Shown here one piece after another: positions 10,013 through 19,951 of a stretch of 64,000 bases of DNA. The stretch lies in the NCBI GenBank assembly GCA_034530875.2, contig JAVRCJ020000002.1:32001-96000 (forward strand), in the 5' to 3' direction. Source of the DNA: Nostoc sp. DedSLP01. GTDB taxonomy: Bacteria; Cyanobacteriota; Cyanobacteriia; Cyanobacteriales; Nostocaceae. The position numbers were made by a program, and so were the translations under genes. The notes under the pieces are model-generated. The model was not told where the DNA came from. It saw only the letters and a list, made by a program, of their open reading frames with translations, and ran no database searches. Position 1 is the stretch's first letter; every line of letters begins with the position of its first letter.

Positions 10013-10243
10013 ATTTGACATTTGAGATTCCTCAACCAAAATTCGCCGATGTAAGTTTGCTAGGTCGAGAAACTATTTTGACGATCGCTAGCCCTTGGGC
10101 AATGTGCTATCAAAATTGTTTATTCCTTGACATCAGTTTGCATAAAAAAAGATCTTCACAGTTCTAAGTTGCAACTTTTATTTGCAAGCAACTGACTCAA
10201 CTTTTCGCAAAATTCCAAAATAGTCTTCCTTGCAGTTCCTGCC

Positions 10244-11860
10244 ATGCCTCTATCAAATACCGTAAATCGTCGCTACACACCTCCTACTTGTACGTTAGAA
10301 GTATTCGCCCAAAGCTCGCCTTTGTCCCGTTGGATGGGGAAAACTGTCCTCAAGCAGCTCAGCTTTGAACTGCGTTTTGACGATCCCCGACTACCAGAAG
10401 AACACAGAGTTCCGATTCGGGGCGATCGCAATCAGCTAGAAGCTTTGTCTGATGCAGTCACCAGCTACGTACAACAATTTCTCCAACAGTCTCCAGAAAG
10501 CTTTTGGGTCAGTTTCTCAAGTAACCAAGACTCAACCGCAAGACTCGCTGAGCCAGAATCAGAATTATCAACAAAAACATTAAATTCTTTTAATAATCAA
10601 CTTTCAGGTACAGACATACATTTAGAACCCAGTAGCTATTTAACTCACAATTTATTTCTCGGTTCTCTCGCCAACCAAACATCAGGCCCGGTAATTCAAC
10701 TGAGTTTGTTGCAACTATTCGATTTAGCAAGTGCTTTAGATGAATACTCAACCGATGTCATGGCACTACCAACTCTTAACACTAGGAGTTCAGATATGAG
10801 GTTCCCCGCTTGGGCACCTATTGCCGCAGTATTAGTATTAGGCATTGGCTTCCTACCAGTTACCTGGCAATATGCCAACAACATCAGGCAAAAACAACAG
10901 ACAGCCAAAACAACAGATTCAGCAGAAGTAAAAACAGCTTTACAACCTTCACCAGCTCTCAACTTTCCCGCACCTCAACCCGGACTCACCAACCCAGCAG
11001 ACAATTTGCCTGGTTCCACTCCTCCACCCGCGCTATCTAGTTTGCCCCAAGCGCCTCTAACGCCTCCTACTTCCAGCTTGTCTTCAGTACCACCTGTATT
11101 CCCAAATAATGGACTGAGCATACCCCCCATACCTCAGGGAACAACTGCAACCCTACCCAAGAATTCAGCGATTGCATCATCCAACAAAATCCCTCGCCAG
11201 GAAATCGCCATACTGCCAAATCTGGGACAGAATCTCACAACCTCAACTTCCCAAGCTAATGCTCTCCCTAAAAGGCGGAATTTACCATCTGGTCTATCTT
11301 CTACCACAAACACTTTTTCACCCAACATCGCACCAGTAGTTCCCCCTCCTGTTGCCACCATACCCAATAATGGCCGTAGCAATATCCCTACCCAACCTTC
11401 CCCGCTAAACTCGCAACAACTGGACGAAACCATCACCGCCCTACAAGCAGCTTCTTCTAAAAATAAACCCTCCTCAGAACCGTCTTCCTCTACGAATGTT
11501 AGTAATAATCCATTTATCGATCGCTTAGGAGATGGAGACAAAGCCCCTACATCTAGAGAAGTGGCAACTGGCACATTATTTGATACACCCCAAGTAGCAG
11601 AAGCCAGAACATACCTAACAAAACGCTGGCAACCACCTGCGGGATTCGGGCAAACATTAGAGTACAGTTTGATAGTCGGCGTTGATGGCACAGTTGAACG
11701 AATTTTTCCCCTGAATAAAGCAGCAAGAGAATACGTTGATATTGCTGGAATGCCGCAAGTTGGTCAACCTTTTGTTTCTGCTAATAGACGCGGGCAAAAT
11801 GTCAGAATTCGAGTTGTTCTCAGTCCTGATGGTAAAGTCCAGACTTTTCCCGATGAATAA
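10244..11860 (+). CDS. DUF4335 family membrane protein with Pro/Ser-rich linker
   Basis: RRYTPPTCTLE N-terminus, LQLFDL, one TM helix, C-terminal RWQPP..LEYSL..PDGKVQTF. Confidence 0.85.
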   Translation: MPLSNTVNRRYTPPTCTLEVFAQSSPLSRWMGKTVLKQLSFELRFDDPRLPEEHRVPIRGDRNQLEALSDAVTSYVQQFLQQSPESFWVSFSSNQDSTARLAEPESELSTKTLNSFNNQLSGTDIHLEPSSYLTHNLFLGSLANQTSGPVIQLSLLQLFDLASALDEYSTDVMALPTLNTRSSDMRFPAWAPIAAVLVLGIGFLPVTWQYANNIRQKQQTAKTTDSAEVKTALQPSPALNFPAPQPGLTNPADNLPGSTPPPALSSLPQAPLTPPTSSLSSVPPVFPNNGLSIPPIPQGTTATLPKNSAIASSNKIPRQEIAILPNLGQNLTTSTSQANALPKRRNLPSGLSSTTNTFSPNIAPVVPPPVATIPNNGRSNIPTQPSPLNSQQLDETITALQAASSKNKPSSEPSSSTNVSNNPFIDRLGDGDKAPTSREVATGTLFDTPQVAEARTYLTKRWQPPAGFGQTLEYSLIVGVDGTVERIFPLNKAAREYVDIAGMPQVGQPFVSANRRGQNVRIRVVLSPDGKVQTFPDE

Positions 11861-11890
11861 GTAAATTCATTTGTTTATTGCCACTTTTGT

Positions 11891-11918
11891 AACTGGTACA
11901 AGCTTTGTACCAGTTTTT
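11891..11918 (+). terminator. Rho-independent terminator
   Basis: AACTGGTACAA-GCT-TTGTACCAGTT plus T-tract. Confidence 0.75.
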
Positions 11919-12196
11919 ATTTGCTCTTATTGCTCTCAAGCCAGGGTTTTTGAGTCCAGTTAGCAAACTGGTCTGATTATTTATAGCAGTAAACTTACCA
12001 ATTAGTAGAATTATTTTTAACAGTAATCAACCGAAATAAAACTGAAAATCCAAGGCTGATAATTCACATAAATATGAGTTGATAAAACATGAATTTTAAT
12101 ATTTCTCTTGTAGGAAAATAGCAAACAATATATTTCACTAATTAATCGTAGTTTTTTTTTCAAAAAGTATTAATAACTCAAAAAAAGGTAGATAAT

Positions 12197-12481
12197 ATGC
12201 AACAAGTTGGTCATCAAAAAGACAGTCTAGCTTGGATTATTCAAACATGGGCAGCTTTTTTGCTTTCTATTTCTATGACTACCTTTGGCATTGTACACTT
12301 ACCTGTAGATAGCTGGGTAAAAGGATTTATGGGTATGGGTTTAGCTTTTTCGGTTGGCTCAACTTTTACTTTGGCAAAAACCACTAGAGACCTACATGAA
12401 ACTAGAAAATTAACTGCTAGAATTGATGAAGCAAAAGTAGAAAAATTACTTTCACAACACGATCCCCTAAATTTCAAATAA
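12197..12481 (+). CDS. YiaA/YiaB family inner membrane protein
   Basis: Two TM helices, KGFMGMG..FTLAKTTRD..RIDEAKVEKLL. Confidence 0.85.
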   Translation: MQQVGHQKDSLAWIIQTWAAFLLSISMTTFGIVHLPVDSWVKGFMGMGLAFSVGSTFTLAKTTRDLHETRKLTARIDEAKVEKLLSQHDPLNFK

Positions 12482-12499
12482 AGCCAACTAGAGCAATAT

Positions 12500-12583
12500 G
12501 TAGCCGGACATAATTGAATGTAAAATCCAAAGGAGCGAAACCTTTTACTATTGAGGGTTTTACCTTCTGCCTCCTGCCTTCAT
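12500..12583. mobile_element. Dispersed MITE-like repeat (inverted copy at 41018-41115)
   Basis: GTAGxCxGACATAATTxAATGTAAAATCCAAAG...GAGGGTTTTACCTTCTGCC matches the reverse complement of 41018-41115. Confidence 0.75.
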
Positions 12584-12610
12584 CTAATCGCTACTGCCAT
12601 AACAAAAAAT

Positions 12611-12636
12611 AAAAGGACTGATAAAATCAGTCCTTT
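12611..12636. terminator. Bidirectional terminator between convergent genes
   Basis: AAAGGACTGAT-AAA-ATCAGTCCTTT. Confidence 0.75.
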
Positions 12637-12661
12637 GCTATATCGCTTTAAATTTTTTATC

Positions 12662-13123
12662 TTAATAACGGGATTTTTTCGTCCTTAACTTTTGCTTTTT
12701 GCGTCGCCGTTCGCTAGCAGCAACTGCCTGTTCTACCGGATAACCGACTACAGGAATGACCTGATATTTGCGCTCTTCTTCTAACTTTTTGAGTTCAGTG
12801 TAATCAACCCAGTGAATGCAATCAACCGGACAAGTGTCAATTGCTTCTTGGATAATTTCTTCGGCGTCCCCATCTTGGCGAATTACTCGCGATCGCCCAT
12901 AATCTGCTTCAATGTAAAAAGTATTACGCGCAACATGAGCGCAGTGCTTGCAACCAATACAGGTGATTTCGTCAACATAAACACCTTTTTGACGCAGCAT
13001 ACCGCCCAATTCCGGTTCTAAACCAGAACGTTCTGGGGCATCCCGTAAAAAACCCCCTAATTCTGGTTCTAACCCGGAACGATTGTCTTCTTGTTCTTCC
13101 GGCGACGGTAGAAAGTCAGCCAT
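12662..13123 (-). CDS. Ferredoxin (Fe-S, CxxCxxC...CP)
   Basis: VYVDEITCIGCKHCAHVA ... AIDTCPVDCIHW. Confidence 0.9.
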   Translation of the reverse strand: MADFLPSPEEQEDNRSGLEPELGGFLRDAPERSGLEPELGGMLRQKGVYVDEITCIGCKHCAHVARNTFYIEADYGRSRVIRQDGDAEEIIQEAIDTCPVDCIHWVDYTELKKLEEERKYQVIPVVGYPVEQAVAASERRRKKQKLRTKKSRY

Positions 13124-13509
13124 TACGCACTCCAGCGTTGTACTACCAGGCGAATCGAACCATCTTCATTTTTTTGTTCTTCAGCGACTTGAAAACCAAC
13201 ACGAGCAGTTTCTTTCATCACTGTTTGGTAAGCATAGCGCTGTGTTACCTGGCGCAAAAATCCATCCACAGAAAGATTTTGCTGCCAATATTGCAAATCA
13301 GCCACCAGTTCGTATTCTTTGCCATTCCATCTAAAGCCGATGTCGTAGCCATTTTCCTGCTCGATACTAACTTCCGCAGGATGAGTTTGACCGCGATAGC
13401 CGCGTACTTCGCGCGGGCCTGGTTTCCAGTCTATGCCTAATTCAGTCAGAGCATCTTTTAAAGATTCAAGGTTACGGATTTGAGTCTTAATTTGGCTAAA
13501 GTGTGACAT
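13123..13509 (-). CDS. ycf35: DUF1257 (Ycf35) family protein
   Basis: MSHFSQIKT..VRGYRGQT..DIGFRWNG..YELVADLQYW. Confidence 0.9.
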   Translation of the reverse strand: MSHFSQIKTQIRNLESLKDALTELGIDWKPGPREVRGYRGQTHPAEVSIEQENGYDIGFRWNGKEYELVADLQYWQQNLSVDGFLRQVTQRYAYQTVMKETARVGFQVAEEQKNEDGSIRLVVQRWSA

Positions 13510-13548
13510 GGTGGTTTGAATTAAACGACACTAAACTACTGTGAAAAC

Positions 13549-13758
13549 TTACCACTCGCTGTAAGTGGTTTGGGTATTCGCCACGTTCGACTGTTGCACC
13601 TTGGCGGCGAAGTACTCTGAGGTTGGCTCATTCTTAAGTACTTGCCCCAGCTGCGCTTCTATTGCTGCTGTAACCTCAGCGCAAGAAGCACCCACAATGC
13701 CAGTGACTTTTTCTTGTACCCGACCATCTGGATAGATTATGAACTCTAATGTCTCCAT
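13549..13758 (-). CDS. DUF2997 family protein
   Basis: METLEFIIYPDGRVQEKVTGIVGASCAEVT; usual operon partner of DUF1257 and the ferredoxin. Confidence 0.88.
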   Translation of the reverse strand: METLEFIIYPDGRVQEKVTGIVGASCAEVTAAIEAQLGQVLKNEPTSEYFAAKVQQSNVANTQTTYSEW

Positions 13759-14253
13759 GCTCTTGGCCAACCACGATAAGTACATTTGAATTGTACTGCC
13801 TTAGCAGAAGGCTAAATATATAGCCGTCGGAACATTTTTACTTAGATACAAATTTCCCATTTGTTAACTAATGTTCCATCTCTCAAAATATATATCTCAA
13901 AATCTTTACAAAAATTATAAATTTTATTAGTCTACACATCAGTCTTTAGTTAGTGTCTCTTAACCTCTTTGATTAGTCAAGGTAATCGTTGAGTTTGCTA
14001 ACTAACCAGCAAAAGCCCTAAAAATAAGCATTAGAGGTACTGTTGGTATCCGAACAAGTTACAAAAATATAAAGTTTATTGCAAAACTTTATCATTACTA
14101 TTAAGTTCGTCAAATGATTTAGCCAAAAGCAAAATGGTTAAGTGTGCGATCGCAGTTCTAAACCTTTTGATTATGGTTAGTAACAAATGAATACTAGTCA
14201 AAACCAGCACTAAAAAGTGTTTAAAGATATCTGCTGTACTAAAGTTTCAAGTA

Positions 14254-14583
14254 TTATTCAGCAAACATTTCAGCTAATGTGTCGAGAACCAATCTTTGCT
14301 CGTGGTCACTAATTTGACCAAGTAGTTTGACCAATCTAGCTTTATCCACTGTGCGAATTCGATCGAGAACAATCTGCCCTTCTTTCCCTTGAAACTCACA
14401 AGCTATGCGTGTAGGATATGCTTGACCCTTCGTAGTCATGGGCGCAACAATGACGGTAGAAATATGCCGATTCATCTCATCTGGCGAAATTACTACACAG
14501 GGGCGCGTTTTTTGAATTTCACTCCCAATAGTGGGATCGAGATTAACTAAAAAAACATCAAAACGCTTGACTACCATTGCCAT
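14254..14583 (-). CDS. mazF: Type II TA toxin, PemK/MazF family
   Basis: VNLDPTIGSEIQKTRPCVVISPDEMN..VIVAPMTT. Confidence 0.93.
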   Translation of the reverse strand: MAMVVKRFDVFLVNLDPTIGSEIQKTRPCVVISPDEMNRHISTVIVAPMTTKGQAYPTRIACEFQGKEGQIVLDRIRTVDKARLVKLLGQISDHEQRLVLDTLAEMFAE

Positions 14584-14831
14584 TCCGATTCTTCCCAGGT
14601 GTTTGTATTAACCTCATCCAGGAGAACATCATTGTGTTGTTCTGCCATTGTTGCAAAAGCTTCGTCCCATCCAACCCGTAATTTTGGTGCTGCACGAACA
14701 ATTAGATGATCGTTATGAACTTCAATTTCAACTTCTGTCTGAATACCGCTTTGCTCTAACAGAGGTTTGGGAATACGAACACCTTGGGAATTACCGATTT
14801 TCACAATTCGGGTTCTAATAGCTGTGCCCAT
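14571..14831 (-). CDS. mazE: Type II TA antitoxin, AbrB/MazE family
   Basis: RIVKIGNSQGVRIPK, C-terminal WEESEWQW; overlaps the toxin start. Confidence 0.92.
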   Translation of the reverse strand: MGTAIRTRIVKIGNSQGVRIPKPLLEQSGIQTEVEIEVHNDHLIVRAAPKLRVGWDEAFATMAEQHNDVLLDEVNTNTWEESEWQW

Positions 14832-14850
14832 ATTTTAGATTGCTTTGAAA

Positions 14851-14879
14851 AGAAAGTAATTACATTGTATATACTTTCT
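14851..14879. promoter_or_regulatory. Palindromic operator candidate for mazEF autoregulation
   Basis: AGAAAGTAATTACA-T-TGTATATACTTTCT, 20 nt upstream of the antitoxin ATG. Confidence 0.6.
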
Positions 14880-15022
14880 GTGGCAATTATCAAAATCTAG
14901 CCAACAATTGGCTATGGGTTACAGCAGCTAGTTAACGTTTACTTTTGTATCTGCGATCGCCTTTGGTAAACTAATTTTTAGAAGAGTGGTTTTAGAAATG
15001 CGATTGCACCTAGAGCGATTGC

Positions 15023-15271
15023 TTAAGCTGTCACCATTTCCGGGACTGAATCAGGGGATGCTGGCTCAAAATGTAACACCATTATTTGCTCTGGGCGTAA
15101 GCCGATAGATTCGTATGTGCGGCCGTGGCGATCGCTAAATTCAACCTCAAACACAGCACCGCCAGCTAATAATTCGACTACTGTACCAACTTGACCACAC
15201 CAGAGATTGTATTCAGGTAGGTCAACTACCAGTGCTACTACATCCAGCAACTTGACCGTATTTTTAGCCAT
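15023..15271 (-). CDS. DUF4926 family protein
   Basis: KLLDVVAL..GQVGTVVE..FEVEFSD..GRTY. Confidence 0.88.
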   Translation of the reverse strand: MAKNTVKLLDVVALVVDLPEYNLWCGQVGTVVELLAGGAVFEVEFSDRHGRTYESIGLRPEQIMVLHFEPASPDSVPEMVTA

Positions 15272-15291
15272 CTTCTATGACTTCCAAATAT

Positions 15292-15378
15292 TTACAGCGG
15301 ATAGCAGGTTATTAATCTTGGGACATCACAACCTTCTTGGATAATCCAATTTACTCGCAATGGTTGGACTTCTACCTG
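15292..15378 (-). pseudogene. C-terminal fragment of a DUF6883-like protein (usual DUF4926 partner)
   Basis: Minus frame reads ..LRVNWIIQEGCDVPRLITCYPL* with no start. Confidence 0.65.
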
Positions 15379-15380
15379 TT

Positions 15381-15875
15381 TTATCGCTTTGCCGAAGGTA
15401 AGGAACCCTTGAAATCCCCGCCATTCCAATCAGACCCATCAAGCCAGTTATCATCCTCAGCATCCCACAACAATATATATGCAACTAATAAGGTATTGAT
15501 AAATCGCTCTACAGAAATTTTCCAATGTCTAGCCATCTTGTCTAATTGCACTTTTGTTGCTGAATTCGATAATGCAAAATCTTGCAACACATCATCATGG
15601 CTACAAGAACATCCAGCAATGAATTTATCAAAATAAGGCTCATATTTTTTTGTTGGATGAGGTTTTTTAAAGTTAGTAAAGCGAACGTCTCTAAAAAAGT
15701 CTAGTTTTAGCCCAGCAACAAGCCCATCAGAATCTTTACCATAAATATAGTAATAAAGTGAAATACCTTGACCATTAAAACTATGAGTAGCACGAATAAT
15801 TCTAGGAGGGACGAAATCATCTCCCTCAAAATCTGCGAGAACATCCTTTATTGCCATACAAACCTTGTTCACCAC
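15381..15875 (-). CDS. Hypothetical protein, AT-rich
   Basis: 164-aa ORF, no recognised motif. Confidence 0.6.
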   Translation of the reverse strand: MVNKVCMAIKDVLADFEGDDFVPPRIIRATHSFNGQGISLYYYIYGKDSDGLVAGLKLDFFRDVRFTNFKKPHPTKKYEPYFDKFIAGCSCSHDDVLQDFALSNSATKVQLDKMARHWKISVERFINTLLVAYILLWDAEDDNWLDGSDWNGGDFKGSLPSAKR

Positions 15876-16146
15876 TCAAGTATTATTCTTAGGATTCCCA
15901 AACCAGAACAAAGCCTTAAATTATTACATGAACAAGATTGACAAAAAGGATAAGGTTCGGTTTATTTACTTGAAAATAGCTATTACTTGAAAATAGCTGT
16001 AATTATAGATTTGAAGCGTTCAAACGATTGTACTTGCAGCAAGCAGCAGAGCAAAAAGACTAGGCTTACCCTGCTGATGGTTTAAAAACTGAGTGCGAAT
16101 TTACCTGATTATCACTTTATGATACCCGTTAATGGGTAGACTACGA

Positions 16147-16401
16147 TTAATCTTGGTCTTTCGGTTCCAATGCTGTGTTAGATGGCTGGTTGCTACCATT
16201 TCTTGCAGCTTCTAACTTTTGACGAATAGCTGCCTGAACCTTTTCATCAAAATCAGGGTCGCTGAGAGATGCAAGAATTCTGAGCGGACGTTGGTTAATT
16301 CTGTTTAAATACGCCTGAAATGCAGCCTCATCTTTACGATGTTTGAGAAAATATTCTCTTAACTCAGCATTAGACATTGCATCATAGTTAACGCGGCTCA
16401 T
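16147..16401 (-). CDS. DUF6887 family protein
   Basis: MSRVNYDAMSNAELREYFLKHRKDEAAFQAYLNR. Confidence 0.8.
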   Translation of the reverse strand: MSRVNYDAMSNAELREYFLKHRKDEAAFQAYLNRINQRPLRILASLSDPDFDEKVQAAIRQKLEAARNGSNQPSNTALEPKDQD

Positions 16402-16576
16402 CAGCAAACTCCCCGTTGGGTAGAATTTGAAACTCTAATTCTTCGCTATAGCCAGCTAATAAATACACATTACGAGTTCTATTATCAACACAAACAAGAT
16501 GTATGGGTTGAAGCATAACATACGTAAGTTGATAGGCGATGCGGTATAGACTCTCTAGCTGGGCAGCAGTAGGCAT
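16388..16576 (-). CDS. DUF6888 family protein
   Basis: MPTAAQLESLY..QPIHLVCVDNRTRNVYLLAG..FQILPNG; overlaps DUF6887. Confidence 0.8.
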   Translation of the reverse strand: MPTAAQLESLYRIAYQLTYVMLQPIHLVCVDNRTRNVYLLAGYSEELEFQILPNGEFADEPR

Positions 16577-16808
16577 TCCGAACATTTCTTTATCTTTCGA
16601 TTATCATAGCAAGATGATTGATAAAAATTAATTTTTGATACTGTCCAAGTAGCTTACATAAAAAAACATCAGTCAGCCAAATAACCCAGGATAATGAATC
16701 ATAATTAACCTCTATAGCTTTGAGCTATTAGCCATCAGCCGCCAGTTACAAGTCGGAAGCTAAGATGCTGAATGCTAAACGCTTTTAACTCAACTCAACA
16801 AATTGACT

Positions 16809-17813
16809 ATGAATACAGAACAAGCGAACAAAATAATCCGCGTGGGAGTACTGGGGTTTGGCGGACTAGGACAAGCCGCCGCCAAGCTACTTGTCGGCAA
16901 ACGCGAAATGATTTTAGTCGCAGCAGCAGATCAAAAAGGCTACGCTTACGCCACTGAAGGTTTAAATACTCAAGAATGCATCGCCGCCTACCAGTCTCAA
17001 GGTTCGGTAGGTTATCTAGAGCCAGTTGGGACATTAAGCAATAACAGTATTCAAGATTTAATCGCTACCAATCAGCCTGTAGATGGGTATTTTCTGGCTT
17101 TACCGAACCTACCAAATGATTTTATTCCCTCTGTTGCCAAGCAGTTTATCGAATCTGGTTGGCGGGGTGTGCTAGTGGATGCAATTAAGCGCACCAGTGC
17201 TGTAGAACAATTACTGGCAATGAAAGAGGAACTGCAAGCAGCCGGAATTACCTACATGACAGGATGCGGTGCTACCCCCGGACTGTTAACCGCTGCTGCC
17301 GCTTTAGCAGCTCAAAGCTATGCCGAAATTCACAAGGTAGAAATTACTTTTGGTGTGGGAATTGCCAACTGGGAAGCTTACCGCGCAACCGTTCGGGAAG
17401 ACATCGGCCACATGCCTGGTTACACAGTGGAAACCGCTAGGGCAATGACTGATGCAGAGGTGGAAGCACTATTAGATAAAACTAATGGCGTGCTGACTTT
17501 AGAGAATATGGAACACGCTGATGATGTGATGTTAGAAGTCGCGGGAATAGTGGGACGCGATCGCGTTACTGTTGGTGGTGTAGTCGATACTCGCAATCCT
17601 AAAAAACCCCTCAGCACCAACGTTAAGGTAACAGGACGCACCTTTGAAGGTAAGATTTCCACCCATACTTTTACTTTAGGAGATGAAACCAGTATGGCAG
17701 CTAATGTCTGCGGCCCTGCTTTTGGCTATCTCAAAGCTGGAAGACAATTGCACCAACGCGGTATTCATGGAATATTTACCGCTGCGGAAATTATGCCCCA
17801 GTTTGTGAAGTAA
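16809..17813 (+). CDS. bioU: BioU, dehydrogenase-fold enzyme of biotin synthesis that replaces BioA
   Basis: GVLGFGGLG Rossmann motif, [42 protein letters not shown]. Confidence 0.85.
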   Translation: MNTEQANKIIRVGVLGFGGLGQAAAKLLVGKREMILVAAADQKGYAYATEGLNTQECIAAYQSQGSVGYLEPVGTLSNNSIQDLIATNQPVDGYFLALPNLPNDFIPSVAKQFIESGWRGVLVDAIKRTSAVEQLLAMKEELQAAGITYMTGCGATPGLLTAAAALAAQSYAEIHKVEITFGVGIANWEAYRATVREDIGHMPGYTVETARAMTDAEVEALLDKTNGVLTLENMEHADDVMLEVAGIVGRDRVTVGGVVDTRNPKKPLSTNVKVTGRTFEGKISTHTFTLGDETSMAANVCGPAFGYLKAGRQLHQRGIHGIFTAAEIMPQFVK

Positions 17814-17816
17814 ACA

Positions 17817-17843
17817 GTAGAGACGCGATGAATCGCGTCTGTA
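17817..17843. repeat. REP-like palindrome GTAGAGACGCGATxAATCGCGTCT (related copies near 23337, 39346, 47148)
   Basis: AGACGCGAT..ATCGCGTCT hairpin preceded by GTAG. Confidence 0.7.
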
Positions 17844-17913
17844 TAAAAGCAAAAAGGCAAAAGATAGAGGTAGATTCTATCTTTTGCCTTTTGATTTTTA
17901 GCCTTTGCTTTAA

Positions 17914-18474
17914 TTAAGCTGGTGGAATTTCTGGGGAGTAAGAATCTATAAGATTATCCTCAACTAACCATTGGGAAGTTTGAATTATAAATGGCAGTTC
18001 TGCTCCCACAAGACCCCGTTTGATGCGTTCTGAAGTTTCATTAAAAACTACAAACAAAGGATATATGCTATTAGCTCCCTCACTCAAAATATGGCTGTGG
18101 CGCAGAGGCATCAACCATTCATAATCATTGTCTAAAAAAACTTGAGATTGTCGCCAACGTCCTAACAAATCAGAAAAATCTTCATCGGGGCGATGAATAA
18201 AGATTAAAATCTCTACTCCAGTTTTGATTTTCCATTCTGGATCGCACATTATAATTGCTACATCGCAAGGCAAAGAAATTGCCTGTGGAACTGTTGTAGT
18301 AGTTTTGCGCAGGCGAACAATTGGTAAAGGAATAGCGATTACACTCTCATCTGGACGGCGCAGACTGGGAATCATCTCCAAATATGGACGGTGTTGTTTT
18401 AGTAAGGCGATCGCAGCCTGATGATTGCTGTATTCTGCCAAGCTCGCTTCGTACTGAGATTTTTGTACAATCAT
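17914..18474 (-). CDS. Conserved cyanobacterial hypothetical protein
   Basis: 186 aa, RPYLEMIPSLRRP..MCDPEWKIKTG..IHRPDEDFSDLLGRWR. Confidence 0.8.
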   Translation of the reverse strand: MIVQKSQYEASLAEYSNHQAAIALLKQHRPYLEMIPSLRRPDESVIAIPLPIVRLRKTTTTVPQAISLPCDVAIIMCDPEWKIKTGVEILIFIHRPDEDFSDLLGRWRQSQVFLDNDYEWLMPLRHSHILSEGANSIYPLFVVFNETSERIKRGLVGAELPFIIQTSQWLVEDNLIDSYSPEIPPA

Positions 18475-18603
18475 GTTTTATTAAATAGCGAATAATTAGG
18501 GGTTAGGAGTTAAAAATAAAAATGAAAAGATAGAAATTAAGAATAATAAATAAAGAGCATAAACTCCTAACTCCTAACTCTTAATTCCTAACTCTATAAT
18601 CTC

Positions 18604-19827
18604 CTATCCTAATTTTTCAAATACCTTAAACATCGGCAAATACATAGCTAGCAAAATTGTTCCAACCATTCCCCCTAGAACTACAATCATAATTGGTTCC
18701 AAAATACTAGTCATTGCTTTTACTGCTTGCTCGACTTCATCCTCATAGAAATCAGCAACTTTCATCAGCATTGCATCTAGTTCTCCAGTTTCTTCGCCAA
18801 TACTAATCATCTGAATCGCCATAGCTGGAAAAACGTTTTCTTTTTGCAACGCGATACTAATCATACCTCCTTGTTGAATCTCAATCCGGGCTGCATCTAT
18901 GGCATTAGCAACTACCTGATTTCCTGAGGTATCTCGAACAATTTCTAAGCAGGTTAAAATTGGTACGCCTGAACGAGTTAAAGAACCAAATGTCCGGCTA
19001 AAGCGAGCAACAGAAGATTTTTGGATCAAGTCACCAAATATTGGCATTTTCAGAGAAAGGCGATCGATTGTTTGCCTACCAACGGGGGTTTTGTAGTACC
19101 TTGAGTAGGCAATTTTCAATCCTACAAGGACACCAATGATAATAAAAGCCTTCCAACTTCTCAATAATGCACTACAATCCATCAAAAATTGCGTTAGAGG
19201 TGGTAATTCCGTTCCAATTTCTGTAAAAATCTTTGCAAAAATTGGAATCAGAAAAACAGTCATACCTATAAAGATACTAACTGCTATAAAACCCACAACT
19301 GTTGGATAAGATAATGCTGATTTAATTTGGTTTTGTAGGCGGGCAACATCTTCTAATAACTTGGCTAAACGATTCAATACCTCGTCTAAAACACCACCCA
19401 CTTCGCCAGCTTGAATCATACTGACATATAATCCATCAAAGCATTCAGGATGCTTTCGCATTGAGTCCGAAAGATTCATTCCACTTTGGACATCGTTGCT
19501 AATATCCATCAGAGCTTGTTTCAGTTTAGTATTACTACACTGTTCGGAAAGTACTCCCAAGCTTCTGACAATCGCAACTCCTGCATTCACCAAAGCCGCA
19601 AACTGACGAGAAAAAACCGCTTTGTCTTTAACAGACACTTTGACAAAGGAATTCTGGATTTTCTTGATATCTAACCCGGCTCCAAAACCCTGAGATTGCT
19701 TGAGTTCTTGGACTACGAAACCTTGTTCTCTGAGACTAGTACGAGCTTGCGCCAAGGATTCAGCACTAATTTTTTCTGTTCGAGATTTTCCTTGAGCATC
19801 CCGAACACGAGCAACAAATGTTGGCAT
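18604..19827 (-). CDS. pilC: Type IV pilus platform protein PilC
   Basis: FSRQFAALVNAGV, AGEVGGVLD, GEETGELDAML, LEP..MYLPMF. Confidence 0.96.
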   Translation of the reverse strand: MPTFVARVRDAQGKSRTEKISAESLAQARTSLREQGFVVQELKQSQGFGAGLDIKKIQNSFVKVSVKDKAVFSRQFAALVNAGVAIVRSLGVLSEQCSNTKLKQALMDISNDVQSGMNLSDSMRKHPECFDGLYVSMIQAGEVGGVLDEVLNRLAKLLEDVARLQNQIKSALSYPTVVGFIAVSIFIGMTVFLIPIFAKIFTEIGTELPPLTQFLMDCSALLRSWKAFIIIGVLVGLKIAYSRYYKTPVGRQTIDRLSLKMPIFGDLIQKSSVARFSRTFGSLTRSGVPILTCLEIVRDTSGNQVVANAIDAARIEIQQGGMISIALQKENVFPAMAIQMISIGEETGELDAMLMKVADFYEDEVEQAVKAMTSILEPIMIVVLGGMVGTILLAMYLPMFKVFEKLG

Positions 19828-19951
19828 AAACAAATCCAAAATAGTTGTTAATTATTCGGTATTGGGCATTGGGCATGGGGCATTGGGCATTGGGTTAGAA
19901 AAAATCAACTCTTCCTAGTTCATAGTCCCCAGTCCCCAGTCGCTCATTCTT

